Source of the DNA: Nitrospirota bacterium
GTDB taxonomy: Bacteria; Nitrospirota; Nitrospiria; Nitrospirales; Nitrospiraceae
Length of the DNA: 64,000 nt
NCBI GenBank assembly: GCA_963701855.1
Contig: CAVPBK010000005.1
Span: 160,001-224,000 of the forward strand
Direction: 5' to 3'
A program made the translations under genes and the position numbers. Below, piece after piece: positions 9,596 to 17,560 of the stretch. The notes beneath the pieces were generated by a model that saw nothing but the letters and a program-made list of their open reading frames with translations, was not told where the DNA came from and did no database searches. Positions within the stretch are counted from its first letter, which is position 1. Each line of letters begins with the position of its first letter.

Positions 9596-10564
9596 TCAGA
9601 GCAAGTCGGCTTGTGTCATGGTTCTACGCTCAATGGTATGGCGCAAACGCGCCAAGGCGGCCATTTCAATCTGCCGGACCCGCTCACGGGTCAACCCCAT
9701 TTCCCGGCCGATTTCTTCCAAGGTCTTGGCCTCACTCCCATCGAGCCCGAAGCGCGACATAATAACCGATTGCTCTTTCTCAGGCAACTCCTGTACCCAT
9801 TCCATCATTTCCGCCCGACGCATCACCCCCTCGGCCGTATCGGCAGGCGAGACAGACGAAGGATCCTCAATCACATCGCGCAAGAATGTGTCCTCGCCCT
9901 CATTGATCGGGCTGTCCAGCGAACAGGTCGTACGGACCACTTGCTTGAGATCCAACACCGTTTCGTCGGTTGTCTTCATCCGTGCCGCGACTTCCGACGC
10001 AGTCGGTTCTCGTCCGAGTTCCTGAACGAGCTGCTCGGACTTGGCAAGATAACGATTCAGCCGCTCCACCACATGCACCGGCAATCGCACAAGCTTCCCT
10101 TGATTGATAATCGCTCGTTCGATGTATTGCCGGATCCACCAGGACGCATAGGTACTGAAACGAAAGCCACGCTTATAGTTGAATTTTTCGACGGCCTTGA
10201 TCAGCCCAAGATTGCCCTCCTCGATGACATCGGAGAAGGGAAACCCTCGATGCATATACCGTTTACCGATACTGATCACCAGACGGAGATTCGATTCGAT
10301 CATTTCTTGGCGCGCCTGCTCGTCCCCTGCCATGACCCGCTTGCCCAGCAGTTGCTCTTGCTTAAACGTCAGCAAGGTCGAGTGACGGATCTCGCGCAAG
10401 TAGCACTTGAGGGTATCCAATCCTTCGGAGCGGCGACTCGGCCTTTCCTCGTCGACAGGCGACTCGTTCGCACCAGACGACGCGGTCGTGTCCTCGTCGT
10501 CATGGTCGACGACGTGTCGGCGCGCTTCGCCCAGATCGTGTAACTCCTCGCCGCCTCGCGCCAT
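9596..10564 (-). CDS. Sigma70 factor, RpoD/RpoS-like, lacking region 1.1
   Basis: [41 protein letters not shown]. Confidence 0.92.
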   Translation of the reverse strand: MARGGEELHDLGEARRHVVDHDDEDTTASSGANESPVDEERPSRRSEGLDTLKCYLREIRHSTLLTFKQEQLLGKRVMAGDEQARQEMIESNLRLVISIGKRYMHRGFPFSDVIEEGNLGLIKAVEKFNYKRGFRFSTYASWWIRQYIERAIINQGKLVRLPVHVVERLNRYLAKSEQLVQELGREPTASEVAARMKTTDETVLDLKQVVRTTCSLDSPINEGEDTFLRDVIEDPSSVSPADTAEGVMRRAEMMEWVQELPEKEQSVIMSRFGLDGSEAKTLEEIGREMGLTRERVRQIEMAALARLRHTIERRTMTQADLL

Positions 10565-10592
10565 AATGTTCAGTTGCTCCTAACCGGCTCGA

Positions 10593-10889
10593 TCAGTACC
10601 ACACTCGAAAATCTGAAAATCGCCCCGTCGCCGGACTCCACTCCACTTCAACGGCTGTCACTTGCGACGCCGGCGGCCCAGTCTTTACGTCTTCGATCAG
10701 GATCAGAATCTGGTCTTTGGAGCCTTCAACTTCAAGTTCGACTCGTCCATCATCGAGATTTCTGACACCTCCGCAGAGTCCTCGTTGTGATGCGACGCGA
10801 GCCGCGAATGCTCGGTACCCGACTCCTTGGACCTTTCCCTTCACAAACAGTTTCGCCCTGAGGGCTGCCGGTTCTAGAGGTTCGGCCAT
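10593..10889 (-). CDS. acyP: Acylphosphatase
   Basis: GKVQGVGYR, GGVRNLDDGRVE. Confidence 0.92.
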   Translation of the reverse strand: MAEPLEPAALRAKLFVKGKVQGVGYRAFAARVASQRGLCGGVRNLDDGRVELEVEGSKDQILILIEDVKTGPPASQVTAVEVEWSPATGRFSDFRVWY

Positions 10890-11145
10890 ACATTCAACAG
10901 ACTGCGCATTACCAACGATGCCCAATCCAACGAACGGATACTCTCATACCTCCGCAGAGGCGTCACGCGTTTTGCGATTCCGCGCGAGTGAATGTCGCAC
11001 ACCTATTCTGAAACGGGGAAAGGAAATGCTGGAAGAGATTCGATGCGTGTCCTGTTGGCGGAATCATTCCAACAGGCGTGTGCGGGAACGTCACGAATAG
11101 TGGCTGGAGAGATTGTTCCGTGTCACGGCATGAGCAAGCTCTGTA

Positions 11146-11222
<77 letters not shown>

Positions 11223-11260
11223 ACAAAATCAACAGAACCACAACGCGAGGGGCGATTGTC

Positions 11261-12364
11261 TTACATCAGGGGGTCGAAACGCAAGCCATGGGCATCGGCC
11301 ACCGCTCGACAGGTGATCGTGCCGCCGGACAGGTTCACCCCTTTCGCCAGTCCAGCGTCTGCCTGCACGGCTTCCTCCACTCCCTGCGAGGCCAGACGCA
11401 GCAGATATGGAAGCGTGGCATTCGTCAACGCGACAGTCGATGTATGCGGAACAATCCCCGGCATATTGGACACACCATAATGGAGCACTTCGTCCACCAT
11501 ATAGACCGGGTCCGAATGAGTTGTGGTCTTCGTGGTCTCGAAGCAGCCGCCTTGATCGACGGCGACATCCACCACTACCGCTCCTGGCTTCATGCGCGCG
11601 ACCAGTTCCCGCGAGACCAACTTGGGCGCTCGAGCCCCAGGAACGAGGACCGCCCCGATGACAAGGTCTGCGGTCACCACGGTTTCGTCAATCGCAGCCT
11701 GTGTGGAGGCGCGCGTCACAATTCGACCACGATACAATTCGTCGAGCGTACGGAGCCGTTCAAGGTCGAGATTGATCACCGTTACCTGAGCCCCCATCCC
11801 GACAGCAATCCGAGTCGCTGCGCTACCCACCACTCCAGCTCCCAGCACGACGACCTTCCCTGGCTCCACGCCAGGCACACCACCCAAAAGAAGCCCTCGC
11901 CCGCCTTGCGTCTTTTCCAGATAGCGCGCGCCGATCTGTACCGACATCCGCCCTGCGATTTCGCTCATCGGCTTGAGCATCGGCAACGTGCCGTCTTTTG
12001 CCTCGATCGTCTCATAGGCAATTGCGGTGATCGAAGTATCCAGGAGGGCTTTCGTGAGATCCGGCAAGGAAGCCAAGTGTAGATAGGTAAATAGGGTCTG
12101 GCCCGGACGGAAAAAGTGGCACTCGGAAAGCAGCGGCTCCTTGACCTTCACAATGAGCGTCGCCCGCTGAAACAGTTGCTCCTTGGATTCTGCCATGGTA
12201 GCGCCGGCACTTCGGTAGTCCTCATCCGAGTATCCGCTGCCGACTCCGGCCGATCGTTCGATCCAGACGTCGTGGCCGGTCTGACGCAATGCCCGTGCTC
12301 CATCGGGCGTGACACTGACACGATACTCATGATCCTTGATCTCTTTTGGGACTCCGATGACCAT
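11261..12364 (-). CDS. ald: Alanine dehydrogenase
   Basis: [35 protein letters not shown]. Confidence 0.97.
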   Translation of the reverse strand: MVIGVPKEIKDHEYRVSVTPDGARALRQTGHDVWIERSAGVGSGYSDEDYRSAGATMAESKEQLFQRATLIVKVKEPLLSECHFFRPGQTLFTYLHLASLPDLTKALLDTSITAIAYETIEAKDGTLPMLKPMSEIAGRMSVQIGARYLEKTQGGRGLLLGGVPGVEPGKVVVLGAGVVGSAATRIAVGMGAQVTVINLDLERLRTLDELYRGRIVTRASTQAAIDETVVTADLVIGAVLVPGARAPKLVSRELVARMKPGAVVVDVAVDQGGCFETTKTTTHSDPVYMVDEVLHYGVSNMPGIVPHTSTVALTNATLPYLLRLASQGVEEAVQADAGLAKGVNLSGGTITCRAVADAHGLRFDPLM

Positions 12365-12536
12365 GGCCGCTCTCTCCCCGCGCAATCGATTCTGAAAATC
12401 CTTCACCCATTATATACAACGTCTGTGGAAATGCACGGCAAGACTTGCAGGGGCCCTCTCACCAAGTGGACAGTGCGCGCAGGCCTGGTGTAAGATTCGC
12501 TCCCTCTTCAGTTCACGATCGACAGAGGGAGGTTCT

Positions 12537-12920
12537 ATGAATTCCGCAGCCGGGTCCTGCAATGCTTGCGGCGCCATCAGCGCCGCGCTCATGAAGTTAT
12601 CGCTCGGGAAGGACTTTTTTGGTCGGACGTACGACCGACTCTCCCCCTCGACCGATCAGAGCCCTAAATGGTATTGCGAAGGCTGTTCGATGCAGAAAAA
12701 TCTCCAACGAGACTTCCGAGACATCACCGCCGAGATCGACAAGCTTGCGGCTGGACAGGCCTCGCAACTGTCGAAATCCGATGAGTTCCAGCGTGCCGCA
12801 TTGCGAGTGAGAGAAATTGTCGCGTTGCTCGATGCTGCTCAGAACCCATCACCTCTGCTCGCGAGTAGCGAGGTCAACCGTTTACTCGAACGACTCAATA
12901 CCATCACTATTCCAGCCTAA
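12537..12920 (+). CDS. Hypothetical protein with CxxC...CxxC (possible Zn ribbon)
   Basis: CNAC and CEGC; GGAGG RBS. Confidence 0.75.
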   Translation: MNSAAGSCNACGAISAALMKLSLGKDFFGRTYDRLSPSTDQSPKWYCEGCSMQKNLQRDFRDITAEIDKLAAGQASQLSKSDEFQRAALRVREIVALLDAAQNPSPLLASSEVNRLLERLNTITIPA

Positions 12921-12933
12921 CCCATAATCAATC

Positions 12934-13284
12934 ATGTCTGGTTACAAACGCCACATCTTCGTCTGTACGAATCAGCGGAGCCCCGACGACCCCCGTGGGA
13001 GTTGCTCGAAGCTGGGATCTGAGACGCTCCACGCCCACTTCAAGCAGGAAGCAAAGCGGCTGGACTTGAAAGACGTCGTTCGCGCGAATAAGGCCGGGTG
13101 CCTCGATCATTGCGCGGAAGGGCCGAGCGTCGTGATCTATCCAGAAGGCGTGTGGTATCAAGTCAAGTCCGAAGCCGACGTGACGGAAATCATGGAGCGC
13201 CACGTCATCAAGGGCGAGGTCGTGACCCGTCTCATCATGCCCGACCACCCGGCTCCCACGATACTCCCTCCACTCACATCGTAG
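12934..13284 (+). CDS. Thioredoxin-like [2Fe-2S] ferredoxin
   Basis: HIFVCTN...GSC...AGCLDHCAEGP..VIYPEGVWY. Confidence 0.92.
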   Translation: MSGYKRHIFVCTNQRSPDDPRGSCSKLGSETLHAHFKQEAKRLDLKDVVRANKAGCLDHCAEGPSVVIYPEGVWYQVKSEADVTEIMERHVIKGEVVTRLIMPDHPAPTILPPLTS

Positions 13285-13305
13285 CGTCGCACCACAAGGA
13301 TCCTC

Positions 13306-13719
13306 ATGGCTGTTGAAGAAAAGTGGAAAGCCAACCTGGAAAAGGTGGCCTTCATGAAACAGTTTCCTGGGCTGCTCGGCAACTGGGAGGCCCTGGCGGG
13401 AAAAACCATCAAGGCCGTCATCCCGCTCAAGGGGAAACAGGGAACCGCTGTGCTGGTTTGCACAGATGGTACCTTTACCATCTTGCCACCGATGGCGTCG
13501 GAACCGTACGAGTTGGGCGAGGCCTTGGCGGTAGCACGAGCGCTTCTTGAGCCGGCGCATCAGACGGCCTACGTGGAGTATGATCGACTGGTCAAGAAGG
13601 ACAAAGACGCCCTCAAGTCGGCTAGGGTCGAGAAGATACTCGGAGCGATTCACAACAATTTGGAGCAGCATCCGGAACTAAAAGATCGCTTGAAAGAACT
13701 CGTGAAGGAGTGGAAGTGA
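13306..13719 (+). CDS. Hypothetical protein
   Basis: AAGGA RBS; tightly packed in the operon. Confidence 0.75.
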   Translation: MAVEEKWKANLEKVAFMKQFPGLLGNWEALAGKTIKAVIPLKGKQGTAVLVCTDGTFTILPPMASEPYELGEALAVARALLEPAHQTAYVEYDRLVKKDKDALKSARVEKILGAIHNNLEQHPELKDRLKELVKEWK

Positions 13720-14018
13720 GCAGCCTTCCGGATAGAAACATGTTCGAGATCTTTTCCCAAGGTCTCTTTGAAGGAGTCAAACCCATGATGGTCATTCGCG
13801 ATCACCTCATCCGCCATCCCGACCGCTGCACCCATCAAGCGATCTGTGTCCCGATCTGTCCGACCGGCGCCTGGCTCTCGACTCCTCCTTACAAGTTCGA
13901 CTCGTCCCGTTGCCTGGAAAGCTGCCGCCTCTGCTTAGATGCCTGTCCCTCTCAGGCGATTTTCGCCGTGTTCAAGAAGGGGGAGAAGTTGCTGGAGCCG
14001 CAAAAGAAGACGGGGTAG
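13716..14018 (+). CDS. 4Fe-4S dicluster ferredoxin-like protein
   Basis: CTHQAICVPICP and CLESCRLCLDACP; GTGA overlap with upstream gene. Confidence 0.8.
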   Translation: MSSLPDRNMFEIFSQGLFEGVKPMMVIRDHLIRHPDRCTHQAICVPICPTGAWLSTPPYKFDSSRCLESCRLCLDACPSQAIFAVFKKGEKLLEPQKKTG

Positions 14019-14107
14019 CCTGGTAAGTTCCCGTTGCTCGCAGAGCCCCCACGATAAAACGGTGGTCGCTCGATGCGCGCAGTCGGGAACCAACCAGGCC
14101 ACCCCTT
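14010..14107. repeat. GGGGTGGC...GCYAYCCC palindromic REP-like unit
   Basis: Reverse complement aligns with ~8955-9050 (actgcgcgc...gcgagcaa.ggga). Confidence 0.7.
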
Positions 14108-14354
14108 GAGAAAGACGAAGAGAAAAGAAAGAACCTTTTCAGTTTCCGCTTTCTTTCTCCCCCTGACCGTCTCAGCTTCTTCGCTTCTTCGGCAAAGTCG
14201 CCTCGAAACTCTTCTCGCCAGACGTGTGGGAGAACCACGAAAGAAACTCTTAGCCCTCGTCGCGCATCCGTTCCATCCGTGACTGAAAAAGGATAGAAGG
14301 AAGGCCCTCGTTGGGCGCGTGTAGATGAAGTAGAAGAGAAAATGTGCGCGCAAT

Positions 14355-14693
14355 GTGCAGGATGGCCTAGCCGAATGGTTCTGGTACATTTTTAGGCTCC
14401 AAACTTGGTTACTCGGGTCAGGACACATCGGCGTCAACCGGGAACTACAAGAATCCGCCTGCGCGCGATACTACCTCGTGCGGGAACTTCGAAGCGGCCT
14501 GCCTGCCGAAAAAGTGGGACTCAAAGTCGGTGATAGAGTCGTTGCCTGTAATAGCGCGCTACTATCCAGCGTGTCTTCAGAGCGGGAGGCGAAACGACTC
14601 TGCTGGGGCGAAGGGGGCGGAGCGGAGGCCTGGGTTGTGAGCTCGTTGGTAGATGAGATCACGTTTGACTACCTTGTCCAACGGACCAATTGA
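14355..14693 (+). pseudogene. PDZ-domain remnant
   Basis: YLVRELRSGLPAEKVGLKVGDRVVACN; no convincing start or partner domain. Confidence 0.45.
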
Positions 14694-14717
14694 AAAATCT
14701 AAGAGGGGAGACCATTT

Positions 14718-15591
14718 GTGATTGATCGCAATTTCAATGAGAGAGTTCAAGAACTGGCAATGGCCATGGACAATCTCGTTGATAGAAGTGCTCCTATCGA
14801 AATAAGAAGAATCGCAGGATGGCATGAATTTTTACTGGTTGCAGTTTTGGCAACTCGGACACTATATGGAACGATCACATATCTCTCGCGAGAATAAGGG
14901 CAGCAAAGATGACCTCATGCCAAAATTAGAATATGGGGTTGCATCGTCTCCGTTAGTACGATCACTTCTCGAGCTGGTATTTACGGTCATATTTATCCGA
15001 GAGCTGCCACGTACTCGCGTGAAATGGTTTCATCATTCTGGCTGGAGAGAATTGAGAGAGATGTTGGATTCTTTGCAGGGGAGGTATAGCTCAAAGCGTA
15101 AGTGGAAGACGAAACTTGTTCAGCTTGCCAATAGTGTTGAGCAGTTGCGCCTTAGCCTCCGAGTCTCAAAATGGACGGCGGGAGATCCAAAGTTCATCAA
15201 GTGGTGGCCGACAGCAATGCAGATGCTTGATCCAAAGAAAAACCATTTGAATAAACTCTCACGACGTTTCTTGGACTATTTCACCCTTCGGTATAGAACT
15301 TTATCTCAAGACCACCACTTGAGTGGTGCAGGACTTGTCAGAGTATATGCGAAGTTGCTTATCGATGAGAAGGATGCTCGCCGTGATCCCATTCTTAGGG
15401 ACTTAAAGAATAGTAATGTTATTCTGGCCCTATCAATTCTCCTTTCGATCTATACTGAAATTAACGATATATGCCGTTTCGATAGAGGGAGGGCGTTAGC
15501 CTACTGCTGGCGCATTTTGATGGAAGACAGGGATGAGGTTCGCGAGTTGTACAACCATCGTTATCGATCGATGCTTCGACGGGCAGCATAA
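14718..15591 (+). pseudogene. Frameshifted HEPN/DUF5677-like protein
   Basis: GAGGGGAG RBS and GTG 14718 give 59 aa to TAA 14897; continues in the +1 frame with RSLLE and YRTLSQDHH. Confidence 0.5.
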
Positions 15592-15609
15592 TACTCCGAG
15601 TGTATAGAG

Positions 15610-15815
15610 TTAGCTTATTAGTACCCCCGATAGGAGTTTCCCTGTATGCGACGCTTCCACTTTCGCCACTTGCTCGGGTCGGCCTTTTGCCACGATGTGT
15701 CCGCCTGCTGCGCCGCCTTCTGGGCCTAGGTCGATAATCCAATCTGCTGACTTGATGACGTCGAGGTTGTGTTCCACCACCACGGTGTTGCCGGTGTTCA
15801 CTAGTTTGTGCAGGA
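15610..15815 (-). pseudogene. Orphan uvrA 3'-end copy 3
   Basis: [39 protein letters not shown]...[14 protein letters not shown]. Confidence 0.9.
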
Positions 15816-15824
15816 CGGGGTCAT

Positions 15825-16259
15825 CTAGGGGGCTGCGACTTTGAGGCTCGGCACTTTGGTGGCGATACGCCGAAACTCCAACACGTTGCTTGTCACGACT
15901 GTGGCGCCGATTTCTCGTGCCGTGAGGGCAATGAGAACGTCGTTCATGGGGCCCAGACGGTCGGTCAATCCGGACGCATTCCCATATAGGGCTCGAAAAA
16001 TTTGTCCGGCATTGTCGAGGAGTGTTGGCGTAAGACCGAGGGTGCGTCCTGATCGGAATGCCTGATGGAGCCGGTCTACGGCCTTCTTGCGCTTAGGGGT
16101 ATCCGCGCCAAGCCGGAGTTCGAGCAGCGCCACAGCAGAGATGAATCGAACAACGGTACCTTGTCCGCCCAAGACCCATTCCGCATGCATCCCAGCGCGA
16201 AGAAAATCGATCAGGACATTGGTGTCGAGTAGGACCTTTCCGCCTACCGGTAAGGCCAT
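15825..16259 (-). CDS. PIN-domain (VapC-like) toxin
   Basis: [26 protein letters not shown]. Confidence 0.9.
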   Translation of the reverse strand: MALPVGGKVLLDTNVLIDFLRAGMHAEWVLGGQGTVVRFISAVALLELRLGADTPKRKKAVDRLHQAFRSGRTLGLTPTLLDNAGQIFRALYGNASGLTDRLGPMNDVLIALTAREIGATVVTSNVLEFRRIATKVPSLKVAAP

Positions 16260-16447
16260 GGCCGCTCGTCGCCTTTCAAGACTCCCTTTAGGGGCCGCAA
16301 CGCCTTACTGAGTCGCTGCTCTTCGACGAGGAGCGACAGTGCCTTGTCGATCGCCTCCTGCTCAGAAACGACCCCAAAGTATCGCTTCGCAGCATTAATT
16401 TTGCGCTGGTCCAGCACGAGATGCTTGTGTTTGAGTGCGGCGCCCAT
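16244..16447 (-). CDS. Antitoxin (VapB-like)
   Basis: MGAALKHKHLVLDQRKI...SEQEAIDKAL; GGAGG RBS; overlaps the toxin start. Confidence 0.8.
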   Translation of the reverse strand: MGAALKHKHLVLDQRKINAAKRYFGVVSEQEAIDKALSLLVEEQRLSKALRPLKGVLKGDERPWPYR

Positions 16448-16534
16448 GGTGCCTCCATTATGTACAGGGCATGTACATACACTATATGCGATTATGGTCA
16501 GAAACGGCAAGAGTCCGCGCGTCGCTCAGAAGCT

Positions 16535-16806
16535 CTACTGAGCTTGTCCCGATAAGACCTTCGAGAGGAATCGTCCTATATGAGAAGCCGCTACTTTCGC
16601 TACTTGCTCCGGTCGTCCTTCTGCCACGATATGTCCGCCTGCTGCGCCGCCTTCTGGGCCTAGGTCGATAATCCAATCCGCTGACTTGATGACGTCGAGG
16701 TTGTGTTCCACCACCACCACGGTATTGCCGCTGTTTACCAGCTTCTGTAGCATCGCCAGGAGTTTCTTGATGTCTTCGACGTGCAGGCCGGTGGTCGTCG
16801 TCCATA
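16535..16806 (-). pseudogene. Orphan uvrA 3'-end copy 2
   Basis: From (MD)..[19 protein letters not shown] to [17 protein letters not shown]. Confidence 0.92.
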
Positions 16807-16825
16807 AGGCCTCTCGTCGGAATCA

Positions 16826-16860
16826 TTGATTCAAGTCAGACTGGTCTATATACTGGTCTG
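16826..16860 (+). promoter_or_regulatory. Sigma70 promoter with overlapping TA operator
   Basis: TTGATT-17 nt-TATACT; ACTGGTCT twice, the first within near-palindrome AGACTGGTCT. Confidence 0.65.
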
Positions 16861-16888
16861 CAATGAGTTTACATGGCTGGAGGACGGC

Positions 16889-17131
16889 ATGAAGATCGAG
16901 ATTGGCTCGTATGAGGCGAAAACAAAGCTCCCTGAATTGCTGCGGCAGGTAAAAGCCGGCAAAAGCTTTACCATTACAAATCGTGGGGAAGCCATTGCGG
17001 ATCTTGTGCCTAGCGCGGGCGTGAGGGCGAAGGACAAAGTTTCAGCAGTGGAAAAATTGAAGGCCTTCATGCTGGCCGATCCGGTGAGCAGTGCCAACAT
17101 CAAGGCACTCATCGAGGAGGGGCGTGCATGA
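16889..17131 (+). CDS. Phd/YefM-family antitoxin
   Basis: IGSYEAKTKLPELLRQV..G....ITNRGEAIADLVP. Confidence 0.92.
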   Translation: MKIEIGSYEAKTKLPELLRQVKAGKSFTITNRGEAIADLVPSAGVRAKDKVSAVEKLKAFMLADPVSSANIKALIEEGRA

Positions 17132-17547
17132 GCTTCGTCCTTGATAACTCGGTGACCATGCGTTGGTTTTTTGGTGATGGCAAGCCACAAGAACTTGCCT
17201 ATGCAGGTAAAGTGCTCGATGCGATGCAAGATGCCAAAGCGCTTGTACCTATGACCTGGGGCCTAGAAGTGGCCAACGTCATCGCCAAGGCGGAAGAAAA
17301 AGCCTTGGTGACAGAAGCTCGGAGCGGGGCATTTCTTGAGATGCTGGAAGGTGTAGATATTGAGGTGGATGCAGCCACATTCGCACACGTGCTATCTGAT
17401 ACCCTTCAACTGGCGCGGCGATACAAGCTATCCGCTTACGATGCTTCTTATCTCGAACTGGCCTTACGACTAGGCATACCTTTGGCCACGCTCGACGAAG
17501 ATTTGCAGAAAGCTGCAAAGAAAGCAGGCGTGAAAAGGTTTGCGTGA
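17128..17547 (+). CDS. VapC PIN toxin
   Basis: FVLDNSV, EVANV, LSAYDASYLELA, LATLD; ATGA overlap. Confidence 0.92.
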   Translation: MSFVLDNSVTMRWFFGDGKPQELAYAGKVLDAMQDAKALVPMTWGLEVANVIAKAEEKALVTEARSGAFLEMLEGVDIEVDAATFAHVLSDTLQLARRYKLSAYDASYLELALRLGIPLATLDEDLQKAAKKAGVKRFA

Positions 17548-17560
17548 AGAAGCATCGGTG

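Noticed and set aside
9272..10543. Long 423-aa plus-strand ORF (similarly 11078-12082, 32754-33701, 36041-36967, 46014-46871)
   Set aside because: Antisense shadows of well-supported GC-rich genes, with no recognisable motifs
14110..14350. Purine/pyrimidine-skewed stretch with short Lys/Glu-rich ORFs
   Set aside because: No consistent frame or recognisable family; probably decayed sequence
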